Part shown: positions 1-15,173 of the stretch, piece after piece | Numbering within the stretch: the stretch's first letter is position 1 | Layout: every line of letters begins with the position of its first letter | Assembly: GCF_006345805.1 (NCBI RefSeq) | Contig: NC_043012.1 | Span: 18,166,001-18,230,000, forward strand | Reading direction: 5' to 3' | Source of the DNA: Octopus sinensis | Taxonomy: Eukaryota | Length of the DNA: 64,000 nt | Notes under the pieces: model-generated | What the model was told of the DNA's origin: nothing | Databases searched by the model: none | The model's input: the letters and a program-made list of their open reading frames with translations, nothing else | Position numbers and translations under genes: made by a program

Positions 1-365
1 TATCCCAGTATCAATTGATTTCGCTTTCTGTGAAAAACTGACACTTAAACTCTTTTGAAAAAAATATTTACCTTCCCCTGCGCGTTTTTCTAACTGAAGT
101 CTCCGCGAATTCCTAACGAATATTTGCGAACATATATAAATTCAATATTCAAATTAATTATCATTATGTTTAAGAAAAACAAACAATCGTAAAGTGGTTT
201 AGCAAAGATACCAAATATGCAAGAGTATATATTTTTAGCATTCATTTGTTCAAAATTTAGCCAACTGTATAGCCAATTGGAAAAATATATTTACCTGGGG
301 CTAAAACAAAAGTAACATCGTCCTTTATAGGACTACCATATTCTATTGACATGAAAACATTATTG

Positions 366-512
366 TACACACACACACACACACACATACATACACAATT
401 ATATGTGTATGTATATATGTGTGTGCATGTAGACTTATATCTATCGATCTATCTAACTACCTATCTATCTATCTGTCTGTCTGTCCGTCTGTCTCTCTGT
501 CTCTCTCTCTCC

Positions 513-573
<61 letters not shown>

Positions 574-575
574 CA
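366..575. repeat. Compound microsatellite (CA)n/(CTAT)n/(CT)n/(TA)n
   Basis: Directly visible simple repeats; they explain ORFs 351..596 and 419..616. Confidence 0.95.
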
Positions 576-2422
576 GGTGCACACAATCATGTGTAGGTAT
601 GTACGCACAGTACTGACTGTTTACTTCAGAGGTTTAGCTGATATTGGCTCTGTCGAGAATGTAGTCTCTATGAGAATTTTACATAAACACTTAGTATTGA
701 AGACCACCATTATTTTATATCGTCAGTCAGTATTTCACCCATTTAGTATTTCTGTGCGTGGTTAATGTACTTATATACTCAAATCTATAGCGCGTGTGTG
801 TGTGTGTGGTCTGTCTGTGTGTGTTTGTGTCTGTATGTTGTAGAAAGTGAGATGTAAAACTCATATCTATATGCTGATCATGTAGTTTCGTTTTCTATAT
901 ACCTGTCTAATCATGCTAATAAACTTATCTTTCAGTTGAAACGGATAGAACTATGACATATGACTGGAAATGGGGAATATCTTCATTTTGGCATTTAGTT
1001 CAGTCTTAAGTAGTAATGGAATGTGTTTCTTATGCTATTTCCTAATCTTCACTTTCGTTTGCGTATTACAGTTTTTTCTTTAATTTCATTAATTCTTAAG
1101 AAGTTCTAAGTCTGTACTTGCACTAATTCTTTCATCTCTGTTTCGTTGTTTAACATGTCATTAATGTTTTTTTAATTAAATTTACAGTCGTCATGTGATG
1201 CCTCCATAATTTTTTTCGAATACATAGTTCATGTCTGTTTTTCTACGAAACTTCTAGGATTTATGTATCTCTCGTATTGATGTTCAAATGAAATGTAATG
1301 AGTCAAAATAACCCTATACAAAATATGGTTAAATTATCACTTAATATAATTTTTATCCAATCTACTTTATTTCTTTGAATAAAAGTATTAATTCTGGGCC
1401 GAGTATGAATCAAGGAACGTAATTGCCTGTTATTCTGCTCGTCTAATATAGTTGGTATACTTTTAGCTTTTCATTCGTTCCTTTTGTTTATATATTTATA
1501 TATAGTCACAGGTATGATTGTGTAGTAAACAAAAACCTTGGCAACCACTTGGTTTCTGGTTTAATGTGCAGCGGTTCGTCCATTGGCACTGATAAAATAA
1601 TTACTAGGTGTGAAATAAATTCTGTCATCGATGAGTTCCACTAAATCCCTTGAAGGTGGTGACTCAGCATGTGTGCAGTCAGATGACTGAAACAATCAAA
1701 ACGATGTCACAACACTTTGTAGATTCGCAAATTGCTGTTTCTTTATTTTGACCTCAGTAACATATCCACATTCCTGTGTTTATTAAATATTTCCACCAGT
1801 TCTTCCAAACTACATTTTCCTAATATTAACGGCTTGTTTCTTTGGTTTTCTGTTCTACCTATTTACAACGTAGACATTGTTTCCTTTGATTGCTTTGTGC
1901 TGCCTATAATATTTGGACCACTGATTCTCAATGGGAATCACTTTTTCCTAATAGTTTTTCAATTGATACCTCTAATTCTCATCCTGTTGGAGCTGCATTC
2001 ATTTCTGCTATGTTATTTTTGGCTGCAATGCAATATTGCCTTCCGTTTGAATTGAACTCTTCGTTTTTTATTTGAAAACATCATTATCACAATTTTGTCA
2101 CTACAAATTCATTGGAAATAGTGGTATATTAGATTTGAGGAAAGAAACTGGAAGTTGGGATGGCAGAGTATTCCGGGATATTTGCGCGGGATTTACCCCG
2201 AATTACCCGAAGTAGACTGTTCCATTATCGGGGATTCTTATTATTTATTGATACATTATGTATTGCTCTAAAACTATAGATAATCTTTGTTATATCATTT
2301 AATATGGTAGGTTTTCTCCCTTAATCGATGTAAAACCACCTATTGTTTGTTTTTGCATTAGTTTGTAACTCCTCCTTTGATATCATCCGTCATGTCTTGC
2401 GCCCTTGTGGCCAATAAAAGAA

Positions 2423-2438
2423 ATTATTATTATTATTA

Positions 2439-2536
<98 letters not shown>

Positions 2537-2546
2537 GTTATTATTA

Positions 2547-2582
<36 letters not shown>
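2423..2582. repeat. (TTA)n microsatellite
   Basis: Long TTA run giving poly-Y/poly-I ORFs. Confidence 0.95.
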
Positions 2583-3649
2583 TATCGAATTCGACAACAA
2601 GGATAATCCATATATGATGGTGATTCGCTGTATCTTTCACACGTAAAATTTTACTCTAGCAAAGCTTTATTAGCCACCAGATAACTTGAAGAATTCAATA
2701 AAGGTTTTAAGCAAAGAAGAGCCCATCCAGGTTCCGAAACACTGCTCAAAAACGTTCTGTAACTACATGAGCGAATGCTTTATTATCTTCAAGTATCAAA
2801 CCTAAACTGCATAGAAAAAGTGTATCGAACGAAGATGGACTTTGCTTCATATCACGTCGCCATCCTGTTTATGAAATCCAAAGTTTACAAAATATCAGCA
2901 GGACATGAATTCAGATTCGGAGACAACCTTGCTGATAGTTTTGGTAATTCAATTATATCAGAAACAGAAATCCAAGGTAAGCGGGTGGTACTCCTGAATT
3001 ACAAACTGAAGCTAATTTTTTGTCAGCAAACCGGGTTTGAATTTCCTTAAAATTTACTATTCTATCTACATTCAGATGTCTGTAAAGCGGAAACTTCTGG
3101 TTTCCTGTTTATATGCAGTATGATGAGATCGACGAGGCAATGTCCTTGAAAAATGTGAGCAATGTTACAACGATCATGCATGAGACAACACTTCATGTAA
3201 CTGGATACCAAAGTCTATTCTTCTGATAAAACGAATTAGCCAAGAAGCAGTTTCATGCAACATATATGGTTGACGTATTTTAAAATTGATATGGACATGA
3301 TGAATAAAAATACAAGACGTCTCAACTTTGTGAGTGTGACAATCTTCGAGAAATATGATCTGAATGATTTTCTTCGGCTTTCTAGTTTAGAATTTCTGAC
3401 ACAGGTCAACATGTGCATTAAATCAAACGAACGTTTTGTGTTTTGATGATTTCATTATTATCAGTCTTTTGGTTTTGATGACACATAATAAAATGATTTG
3501 GCCCTTCCCAAAAGAATAAAAGATTTACTATCCATTGAAATAAAGATTGCTACTCGGATTATCTTTCGATTAAATAAAATAATTCTGTTTCACAAATTAT
3601 TTCAATAATTGCCATCGTCATAAAATAAAGTACATATTCTATTCAACTC

Positions 3650-3990
3650 TAGGCACAAGGCCCGAAATTTTTTTTGGGGGGGTGTCAATCGATTCGATTG
3701 TCCCCAGTACGCAGATAGTACTTTATAATATCGACCACGAAAAGATGAAAGGCAGAGTCGACCTCTTCTTAAGAAAATAATGGAAATATAATTGGAGTAC
3801 TGGACAAAATGCGCAACGGCATTTCACCAGTCTTTACGATCTCAGTTCGAATTCCGCCGAGCTCGACATTCCATTTCATCCTTTCGGTGTTGGTAAAATA
3901 AGTATTACATGTCGTGTACTGAGTCTGAAGTAATCGACTTAACCCACCTCTGAAATTGCTGGCCTTGCGCCAAAATTTAAACCAATTTTA
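3650..3990. mobile_element. Two degenerate SINE family-1 fragments, head to head (minus then plus)
   Basis: Minus: 'gatgaaaggcagagtcgacctc'. Plus: 'cagttcgaattccgccgagctcgac...ggccttgcgccaaaatt'. Both match the family-1 body seen at 8.5 and 49.2 kb. Confidence 0.7.
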
Positions 3991-4282
3991 CTGGAAGCCA
4001 TTTCGAAATAAAGTAAGATTTGAAAAAGTTTGGTCACATAGGGTGGGGTGAAGTAGATAACCCACCTATACTCTTATACAGAAAGGTCTTAAGAAATAAA
4101 TTCATACTCTCTTCTATGTGTACACACACGTACAGAAACAAACACAAATATATACACCCTCTAGTATGTGGTAAATTGAGCGAGAAATAATCCTGGTCTT
4201 GATGATATTCAAAGAGAGTCTTATTGTATAAAGTCTCGCTCAGTCAGATTGGAACAAAGCCACAGTCATTATTCAAAATGGG

Positions 4283-4485
4283 GAGGCGACGAGCCGGCAG
4301 AATCGTTAGCATGCCGGGCAAAATGCTTCGCGGCATTTCATCCGTCCTTACGTTCTGAGTTCAAATTCCACCGAGGCATTTCATACTTTCGAGGATCGAT
4401 ATAATAATATCAGTTGAGTACTGGGGTCGATGTAATCGACTCATCCGCTCCCCCCATATTTCAGGTTTTGCGCCTATAGTAGAGA
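4283..4485 (+). mobile_element. tRNA-derived SINE, family 1
   Basis: Head 'ggcgacgagccggcagaatcgttagcatgccgggc' and B-box-like 'gagttcaaattcc'; body shared with the other copies. Confidence 0.85.
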
Positions 4486-6842
4486 TTATTGTTGCTGTTA
4501 AAAAAATATTATTCGTACTGTTTATATTCTGTATGGCCGAGTAAATTCTGTGCGCCTTGGAACATTATAGGGAAGTTTCCATTTCACTGACGGCACATTC
4601 CGAAGCACGCGAACTGTTATATTGGTTGCGATATTTTGTGCTGCATGAGTATTACTTTTGTCCTGGATAGAATTGGAGAACTTCCCGTTTCTCTTTCCAT
4701 TAGTCCTGTTTTCAAAGAACAGGTGTATCCACTTGGTCAAATTCTCGATCAGTTTTACCGAAATGTTTCTTCTCAAACGGACTGAAATGTCCTGCTTTTG
4801 TATATACACAGCTTGTGTTGATGTCAAGATTGTTGGTTTTTAGTTCTCTGTTAGTGTGCGGCATTATATCTGAGACAATGGTACCATTGTTTTTGTCAGT
4901 GATCAAGATTGGTTGGTGTTTATACAATGTCCATGTTTAGCTACCTTCATTTTATAAACCCTGCATATCATCCGGTGTATGTGCGTCACTACTGTGCTAT
5001 GCATATAGAAGTCATTTCTATAGTGAAAGAAAAAAAATGTTTAAACAGACTAATTTTGCACCATTTCAGCCTGGCAACAAGAATTGTTTTGCTTATTCTA
5101 CATTAACATAGGAAAATCTGATATAGTATCGCCATATTTAATTATAAGGAACTTTATCATGCCATTATTATCTAGCAACATTACGCAAATACTATTCAGG
5201 TCGTGTTAGGTCGATTATGATATAAATCTATTATAAATAAAGTTAATTTGAAGTCATATGTTACGCTTGAACTTAACTCCCGAAATTTACCAGACTCTCA
5301 CTTGGCTTACGTGTCACAGCTATTCTATTTTTAATTCGGTCAGTCATACTAGTAAAACACAGCAACGTTTTATATCGAAACAAAAATCTATGGCGGTTAA
5401 AGGGATAGTCGAGTTTATACCGATGAGATTGTGGTTACTAATTGTTACTGGCTTGCATACGAAAGTCAGACTTTCTTTCCCGCTAACAGATGAAGTAATA
5501 TTGTAAGGTTATTTTATACCATATTGAAAAATAAGTTTCCTTTTCTAACAATCACCTTTAGTTTTGTCTTTTTTTTTTATTTCTCAAGAAAAATTATAAT
5601 TAATTAGGGAATTTTTTTCTTTCTTTTTTCGGCTCAGAATTCGGTATAACGCTCTTTAACTTAATCATCAAAATTAATTCTATTAGGCCAGTTGAGTTAT
5701 TTACCTTAGCTCATTTTATTTCGAATGATATATAGATCTTCATAAATTAAACGGCAAAACACCAAAAACATTATTCGGATGAAAAACAAAAGCCTCGAGA
5801 CGCTCTAGAAACTGAGATAAATTACAGAAATAACAGCGTTCACTATTTGTTGACTAATGATCAATTGTAGAAATTTATTTCCGATATACAAACAGAATGG
5901 ATTTGTTTTTGCAAGTCTCGTATCCAGCCATTCAGACATTGCCCACTTCACTATCTTTCAGCTACTGTCTTATTTACAATCGATCATTTTAGATGAGTAA
6001 ATATCTTCCGCTTTTACATATTAGCAAACACCACGTCTGACAGTGGTGTCTTCTCATATATTAGTGCATTGATTATACTCTTGAAAACGAAAAGGTCGTG
6101 TTTCTCGGTCATCTAATATCTGTTTCTAGGAAAGTATATGCCGCTATACACAAGTAGATAACCCACATATATTCTTACATAGGAAAGTTTTACCATGCTC
6201 TCTTAAATGTGAGCACACGTACAGAAACAAACACACATATGTACACATATACGCATATACAAACATACATACATACGTACACACAGTGGCGGTTCAATAA
6301 CGAGAAGAATGGAAGCACATTTTGCTTGCACTATTATTGCACGGAACAACAGAGAAGGACTCATGTTCTTAAAGAACTCTTTCATGTCTGAAAGAAGAAG
6401 ACGATGCGGCTTTCTCCTTCAGACAATAACATAGTTTGGCTGCTTATGACGCGGCTAAAGTTCCATAGCCGAATTTCTATATTTTTACATTTGAAGCTCA
6501 CCATTTGTTAAACGTTATGTATTTATGCACAACACAGTTTAAAAAAGGAACATAATTAACGGAGTTTTAAAAAGTAGAAAGACTCATATTTAGAAAATTG
6601 ATATATAAGTGTAAATCTAATTTCTAGATATTATAGATATGCAGCAAAAATAGTGTAACATTCTCGTCATAGGCTATTTCACAAGATCTACTGATTAATA
6701 ATGGAAACCGGGTATGTCTTCTCTGACGACAGTTCGATAAGCCGTGAAACAGTCCCTTAAGTGTTTCCTTTCCTTCTTCTGTTCCTCACAACAGCATCTT
6801 AGAACGGATATGTTTTTATCATTTTTATATAACTCATATTCG

Positions 6843-6856
6843 TATCTATCTATCTA

Positions 6857-6920
<64 letters not shown>

Positions 6921-6940
6921 CATCTATCTATCTATCTATA

Positions 6941-7001
<61 letters not shown>

Positions 7002-7075
7002 GTCTATCTCCCTATCTCTCTATCTATCTGTGTGTGTATGCGTGTATGTCTGTGTGCATGCGTGTGCATGTGTGT
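6843..7075. repeat. (CTAT)n plus (GT)n microsatellite
   Basis: Directly visible. Confidence 0.95.
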
Positions 7076-7269
7076 ATGAGTTTGTATATAAATTCTGAAA
7101 ATATATCAAGTTACAAAACCATTATCTGTTTTCGGTGATGCATTAATATTATGCTACGTAGATTCGTTTGATTATATTACAGTTTTGTACACATACTTGC
7201 CCGGATACAAATTACCTTTTCACAAGCAAATGCACACTCCTATATCTAGCCATGTATGCAATTGTGTCT

Positions 7270-7860
7270 ATCCAGGGTGTTCGGGCTAATGTTGAAGATA
7301 TGTTTATGTCGCCTTCTTTCAGGAACAACTTAATGGACCGGTGACAGTCAACGGCATTGGACAACATAAAGACCAAAATTTAGTTGGGAAAAAGTTACCT
7401 CACACGAAACACTGAAAGACACATGGAAATTGAAAATGAGTTACGTGTCTTGTGATAGCGGGTATAGCGGGTATAAAAATACCGACATCATGATTGCTAC
7501 TCAATACACTGTGTACGCTAGAAATGAAATAGAGAGGTGACAAAGACAGTTGCAACGGAGTGTGTGTAGCCATGGTAAGCAAGAAGCGAAAAAGCAGGCG
7601 TTCTGACTGAATCCATTCTCACATATTCATCTCACAGGCTCGCAGACTCAATCCAAACGGCTATGTAAATCTGCTGGAGCCGGTGCTCAATCTCAAGCGG
7701 GAGTGGTTTGTTGTTGGTAGTCCCTATGTGTAGTACCGAGATTCGGTTACTTGTCATACACCCGGAAGGTGACAGAAATCTTGGAGAATTTGAACGACTA
7801 CGCTAGTCCCAGTATCTGACCCACACGCACACACGGTTCATAAATTGTCTGTTTAGTTTC
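7270..7860 (+). mobile_element. Degenerate Tc1/mariner transposase relic (maT/DD37D-like)
   Basis: Manual translation around 7615-7780 gives HIFISQARRLNPNGYVNLLEPVL...SPYV*YRDSVTCHT, resembling the 'PYVWQQDSAPCHT' region around the second Asp. Stops present; family assigned by recall only. Confidence 0.55.
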
Positions 7861-8448
7861 TAAGCTCTTGACGGAAATATCTGCCAGCAATTCCACACTG
7901 ACACCCAGGGCATATTGCCTTCCGTTATAATACCGAAATGAACCAATGTTTGTTTATTTGTATATGTATTTCAAAACTTACAATTCAAGTGACGGAGTCA
8001 TGTCTACTGGATGCTAAGAGATTTGAAATGCTGATCAAATGTAATTTCAGGAATGACACGGATATTTTCTTCTGCAATTTTGATTAATGGTGTATCAAAC
8101 TTAGATGTAACTTTCGTACGTATTACTATAGCTACAATTCACAATTGATATTGGTTACCAAAGAGGAAGTAGTTGTTTTGTAGCACCAATCGAACTATAG
8201 ATTGATTTGGAACCTCCCCTGAACATTATGTGCGTATTTGTGTGTCCAGAACTCTACTGCTTCAAGGCCTAATGCGTAGAAGATATTTGTGTAGAGAGTG
8301 GTCACATTAAAATTAAACAGGACTGTCTTTATAGGTACAATTTCTGGAATCTGGTTTCGGAAAGCCTTGTGATTTCCGATGAGACTCGGTACCAATGCGC
8401 ACAATGGTTTTAAAAGTGTCAAGCAACTTGTTAATATATGCAATATGA

Positions 8449-8900
8449 AGGCCGGCGAGCTGGCAGAATAGTTAGCACGCCGGATGAACTGCCTTAGCAG
8501 TATTTCATCTGCTCTTAAAGGCGGTGAGCTTGCAGAAACTTTAGCACGCCGGGCGAAATGCATTGTGGTATTTCGTCCGCCGCTGCCATCTGAGTTCAAA
8601 TTCCGCCGAGGTCGACTTTGCCTTTCATCCTTTCGGGGTCGATACATTAAGCACCAGTTACGCACTGGGGTCGATGTAATCGACTTAATCCGTTCGTCTG
8701 TCGTGGTGTGTCCCCTCTATACTTAAGGTAGTAAAGAAATAGGTATTTCGTCTGCTGTTACGTTATATGTTCAGATTCCGCCGAGGTCGACTTTGCCTTT
8801 CATCCTTTCGGGGTAGATTAAATATGTATTAGTTATGCACTGAGGTTGATGCAATCGACTTAAACCCTTTGTCTGTCCTTGTTGTGGGCAGTAAAGAAAT
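8449..8900 (+). mobile_element. Nested or composite SINE family-1 copies
   Basis: Head at 8449, second head at about 8520, full body to 'aaagaaata' (8741), then a second body restarting at 'ggtatttcgtc'. Confidence 0.85.
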
Positions 8901-9689
8901 AAATATACCTCATATGATTTTGAATACGCATAGCAACGCTAATCATCAAATGTTAAAAACTGGAAACACACACGTTTTAGACTAAAGCATTATGTAAATA
9001 TGAATGTCAAAAGCATAGAGGTCCTGTTATCAATTTTATCAATTCACAGCTATATCTGCTCTAGAATGCATTGCATTAAAATCCGATGGCTCGTGCTATA
9101 TTTTGTAGCGTTTCCGAAGGTTTTTAATTGAAGCGTATATTTAACTTTTATCTCTTTATTTAGTCAGTCATCGAACTGCGGGATTGCTGGAGCATTCATA
9201 GGTACCGAGTAAGTCACAAGATATCGCATCCACACTCAGTTCCAGTGCAGTGCATCTTATTGTAGAAATAGCTGTCTTATGATAAAAGTAATTCCGTAAC
9301 TCCTGTTCTTTGGAGTTCAATATGAGAAACGACAAATATAAGAACACCAATTTGCAATAAATTTGTTGACAAAATAATGAGGGGTTCTCTGATGGATTAG
9401 TTTCCCTTCTGTTTTGGTATCTCATCAGTGAGGAAATATCACTTTTTTTTTTCAATCTACGGAGAGTCTGCTCAGCATCATCACCACCACAGTTGTGATG
9501 GTCTTAAGCAAAATGTATTGGTTAGTAGACATATACAAGGTACACTTGGCGACCAATTCCATTAAGAATTTACTGAGGCGTTACCATTACTTTGTCCTAA
9601 TGATATACTTACAATGCTATAGAATATATTTGTATACACAGTTCCAGTTAACATCATATGCACAGACAGATTCTACACGCGTCAGCAAT

Positions 9690-9863
9690 TTATATATATA
9701 CATATATATGTATATATTTAGATACATACATGTACATGTATATACATATACATATATATATACATGCTTTATATACACGAATTCATATATACAAATGTAT
9801 ATGTATATAGATACATACGTGCATATGTATGTATATATATATATATAATATATATATATATAT

Positions 9864-9913
<50 letters not shown>

Positions 9914-9996
9914 CATGTATATATACACACATGTATAATTATACACATATGTATTTATATATATATGTATATATATATATATATAATATATATATA

Positions 9997-10056
<60 letters not shown>

Positions 10057-10075
10057 ACATATGTCTGTATATGTA
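9690..10075. repeat. (TA)n-rich microsatellite
   Basis: Directly visible. Confidence 0.95.
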
Positions 10076-10484
10076 TTGAGGATGTGTATTTTGTGGCAAT
10101 ATATGTAAGTTTGCTTTAACTTATATTACTTTTAACGCGTAACAACTTATTTTCTTTCTTTCACCTTTCTCTCTTCGGCTATGTGTGTTTTGATCTTCTA
10201 ACTTAATGTTCATTGCACAACAAACGCACAATGGCACACACACATGCACGGACACCCATGCACACTCATATGTACGCGTACACACGCACACACACGTACC
10301 CACAGACATCCACCCACACTCACGTACGCATTTTATTTTTCGAACTTTGCAATTCTGTTGAGCTGATGTTCTTGACGCATACCACCATTAACTTCCTTGG
10401 TCTCTGAGGTATTGTATATAAATATATATATATGCATATATATATGTATGTGTGTGTGTGTGTGTGTGTGTTTAATTGCGGATG

Positions 10485-10534
<50 letters not shown>

Positions 10535-13500
10535 TGTAAGCATTTGTATGATTGTTATATTATAAAGTTATATAAATGTACTGAAGTAAATATATTTACA
10601 ATATTTTAAATGTATAATTGGAGCTGGACGGAATCTCTGGGGGTAAACTATTGGCTGGTTTAGTCCACTAACGCTTATTTTATTGTTTACCAAGTTCATT
10701 TTACGATCGCACTAATGCTCTTAGACAGTCCTATTATAAAATTATATTTTTATATTAGTATCGTAGATAAAAGATACCATAATGGTGATTCTAATATATT
10801 ATAGATAGATAAATCAGTTAAAACCAACATCATACTTCATCTAATTGAATACATGATAAGAATACTACTTAGTTTATCGATCCAAGTAGTATTAACGTCA
10901 ATATTTCTCCGATGTTGTTTGACAAATCATAAGCCAAAACGTGGATACAGATATGGCAGAGGGGCGAATCTACCCCTTAGTTTCCACGTATGGGGGTCCA
11001 ACAGAAAATATAACCCGGTTGTCTACCCATGCATATTAAGCTTCAGTCTTCAGAGCTTGTTTAGGGCCAGTCACACGTTTTGAAAATGATGTAGTAGAAG
11101 TTTGGTGCAAACGTTTGTCACAAAATTTAATGAGCAACACATCCTCGCCTTCTCTATTAGAGTATTCAATCACCTTGGTTATTTTATCGCAACAGTTTAG
11201 ATCTCAACACACTCTAGATGAATGTATGCGTATCTTTTTAACATTTATTTTCATTAAGTGGCGACTAAAATATACATGTAACATACTCGGAAATCCGTTG
11301 ACTCTCCAGGTTCATTGGCCCTCTGGCGGGTCTTGTTTTCCATTCTACAAATTGTCCTAACGTTACCCTGTAGAACAAGCGTGCGGACATACAACGGCAC
11401 ACCAGTTAAGCAAATCTTCCGCATTTCTTCTTTAACGCTCTAGCATAAACATTTTTAGGGTTTCATGCCTTTAAATTTTCTTCTTTTGATATATATATAT
11501 TTATATATATATAATGAATATACGTATACACAAACAGGTATACCTGTGTATATAAACATACATATGTATTTTTTCATATACATGTATGTATGTATGTATG
11601 TATGTATGTATGTATGTATGTATGTACGTATGTATGTATGTATGTGTGTATGCGTTTGTTTGTATACATGTATGAATGTTTGTATTTACCTATGTATATT
11701 TTTATTTATCTATATTTCTCTGTGTGTCTGTGTATGTGTGTCTGTGTGTATGTGTTTGTCTATACACTCAATAATAGTCCTGGACTGTCAGGTCTCTATT
11801 TTTACATCTGCCAATAACTGCATTTCCGCAGAGTCATGTTTATATGTGGGCCTTGAAGGCGTGTTTATTTGCCCCTGATTTATTTGCTCCCGATTTCATA
11901 AGTATATGCTACGAATGTATACTTGATTGCGAAGGGTGATTGTGTTTATATCTCTCAGATGACTTCATAAACCCACTGACCTTTGGAAACCTTTAATTTA
12001 TCACTCTTTTATTTATCTACATGAAGTAACATTTACAGAAATTTATATTGTGTGCGGAGCTTTATAGCTGCCTTGGTGCTATAAGAGTGCAAATGAGCAT
12101 ATTACTTAGACTATACAACCAAAAATTGATATATGTTTCACGTATACTTCCACATAGTTATATTTCTGCCGTAGGGTATAGTTGATTTCTTTCACATAGT
12201 ATTTATATTATTAATTTAATATCTTTGTGTTACATGTGTATAAAGGCGAATGGCAGCTTTAGTATAATGTTGATGATAACAACGAAGAGATTAGTTTATG
12301 AGAGTCGGCTTGTAAAATATTTCGGGAAACACTTAAACCTACCCACGACCACCACTGCCGTAACGTCCACCAGAGACAAAGTACCAGTATTCTTTTTTTT
12401 GGGGATTTATTGTAAATGTGTATAGATTTCACCGATAAATACGCCCCCAAAAAAACACAACGACAAAAGCGCGAAACTGGCGTGCACATATACACGCTCG
12501 CACACGCTCACAGAAGCACAGAAAAAATGGGCAGAGAAGGGAGAAGACAAAATAATAGAAAGTATATGGCAAGATTGCTCATGGTTTCTCTCTACTAGGC
12601 TCTTCGGGCAAAATCTTCATTTGTTTGAGGCTATTTAAAAACGATATACGATTTACTACACACTGGGTTCAAAGACGGACCCAATTGGATACGAAGCAAA
12701 GTGCAAAATTGATTACTAAACAACCAAGCGAACGTCCACTAGACAGAGTTTAATATATTTCCAATGATGTTTTATTCCGACTTCGATTAACAAAGAATGG
12801 TACCTTATGAATATAAAATGCGACCTCGTCGAAGAAATACATTTCGTTTAGTATCATTTTTTTTAACACCACTACTTCCAATGTAAATATTTTGTGTAAA
12901 TCATTTAATTTCCTCTGCGAAAATCTGTTCGAATCAAGTTAACAATAATTATTTCATCTATGCAATATCTTGTTTTTATTTTGCCAAATTTCTGCACCAA
13001 ATTGTGTAGCGTTTATCTATTTACTTCAATTCCTACGAATACAATCCTGCGCTAAATCAATCGAAATATACCGACATTTTCGCAGTTCTTAATGAAACGC
13101 TGTCACTAATTATCATTGTTTTCCCAAGTCACGATTATTCCTAATTAACTATTCAATACACTTTGAATTAACTAAATAAACGCTGATGTATATTAATAAA
13201 TACTGATGTGTCGCAATAGCTACACAGACTTATGTATAGTATTGTGTACAAAATTTTTCTAAACAATATTTTGCCAAGTTGGTAGAATATATGCTTTGCT
13301 AAGGAGGGTTAATATGGCAGAAACATATCCGGAGTTATTATCTGCAATTACACGAATAATTAAAATAATTTTAGTCATTAAACATGTATGTTATTTCTGC
13401 AGCGAGTAATTATGTCCAATTAGCTCTAATCTAATTTGCATTGCATTAAATGACTTGGTACATCATGCAATGTTCTGTAAAATATTCATTTTACAACCTG

Positions 13501-14821
13501 TGAGTCTTCAGAAAAATTTCAATGTTTCTCTCCATAGCATATCGTGCACAACGTTCAGAACATGACATTAATTGTAGAAGCTACATACGCACAATGAATT
13601 TGCCGGTAATTTTAGCAGACGAGCGAAATAAATTATGTGATTCACCAAATTAGGCTCATTAATCGATGTATAATAGAGTAGACGAGATTGTTTCAGCAAA
13701 TCATACAAGTAAATGAAGAAAAAAAAAGAAAAACACAATGCGATATAATTGGTTAATCCCTTTAGTATCTGCCACACCTGAAACAAATCAATAATACAAT
13801 TTTAATTGTAACATTAAACATACGGTTTAAAGTGGTGCTTTCTTTTCTTTTTAATTCAATCAAATCAACGTGCTTTAAATGTAGTGACTCACATTATTGA
13901 CTAATTTACAGCAAAAAAAACAAAACAAAACTATCTTGTATTTTCGGTAAAAAGTTTATCAAGGTCTTAGATATATAATAAAGAATAGCAATCACGATGC
14001 AAATATATTTAAATATTACTTCCAGGTGTTAAAATGAAATATTTCAGTATATATCTTAATAATTTATAATAATTTAATTGTTTTCTCAGACTCTTTCTGT
14101 CTTGCTCTTTGCTAACGTTTTCCAACTTTCCTTTTGTTTTTCTTATTATTCTCGTTTCCCCTTTTACTCTCACCATATATCGTTAGATCACAAGATCTAA
14201 AGACCCTGATACACTCACCCTTACGCCTCCTCTTTTTGGTTCTCACTTTGAAAACTGCCCCTCAACAAAATATAATATTAACTGTAGCAAATTAGAAATA
14301 ATTTAGTAAAATTTAATAAATCTGGCTCGGATCACTTTTTCTTAAACTCTCCCGAGAATGTAGAAGCTCTACTCTCAACGTCACCATAAATACTAAGTGC
14401 ATTTGTACTAAGTGAAAAATATTCGACATACCTTCTCCATATAAATCTGGCATCATACTCACAAATCACGCTGGTAAAGTTGCAACAAAATAGTTTTATC
14501 TCAATGTTGCTTATTCAATATATCTTATAAAGCATCAAAGAGAAAAACGGCAACGTAATTAAACGGAAAGAAGATTACTTTCAACAAGAAATAGCATAAA
14601 AAACAAAACAACGCAGACTGTCAGGTGGAGTTTGGGAAAAAGTAAAAGACTTTTCGAGTGTTTGTGGTGCTTCGAAATATGATGCAAAATCTTTCACCTG
14701 GTGCTGATATTACTTTTGTCAGAGTCTCGGCTAATAATTGTCATTTAACTAAATCTAACTATTTACATAAAAATTTGATGCATACGTATGACTACACACA
14801 CACACACATACATACATACAC

Positions 14822-14904
<83 letters not shown>

Positions 14905-14909
<5 letters not shown>

Positions 14910-15131
14910 CTCTTTCTTTTTACTCTCGTTTACTTGTTTCAGTCATTTGACTGCGGCCATGATGGACCACCACCTTTAGTCGAGCAAATCGACCCCGGGA
15001 CTTATTCTTTGTAAGCTCAGTACTTATTCTATCGGTCTCTTTTTGCCGAACCGCTAAGTGACTAGGACGTAAACACACCAACATGGGTTGTCAAGCAATG
15101 CTAGGGGGACTAACATAGACACACATACACT

Positions 15132-15173
<42 letters not shown>

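Noticed and set aside
2775-3446. ORFs with a GTAAG donor-like site at about 2977
   Set aside because: No recognisable domain, no matching acceptor, and stops in adjoining frames; at most an unidentifiable transposon relic.
4522-4927. Protein-like minus-strand ORFs as a possible terminal exon
   Set aside because: An in-frame stop lies just upstream, no usable acceptor was found, and there is no recognisable motif.
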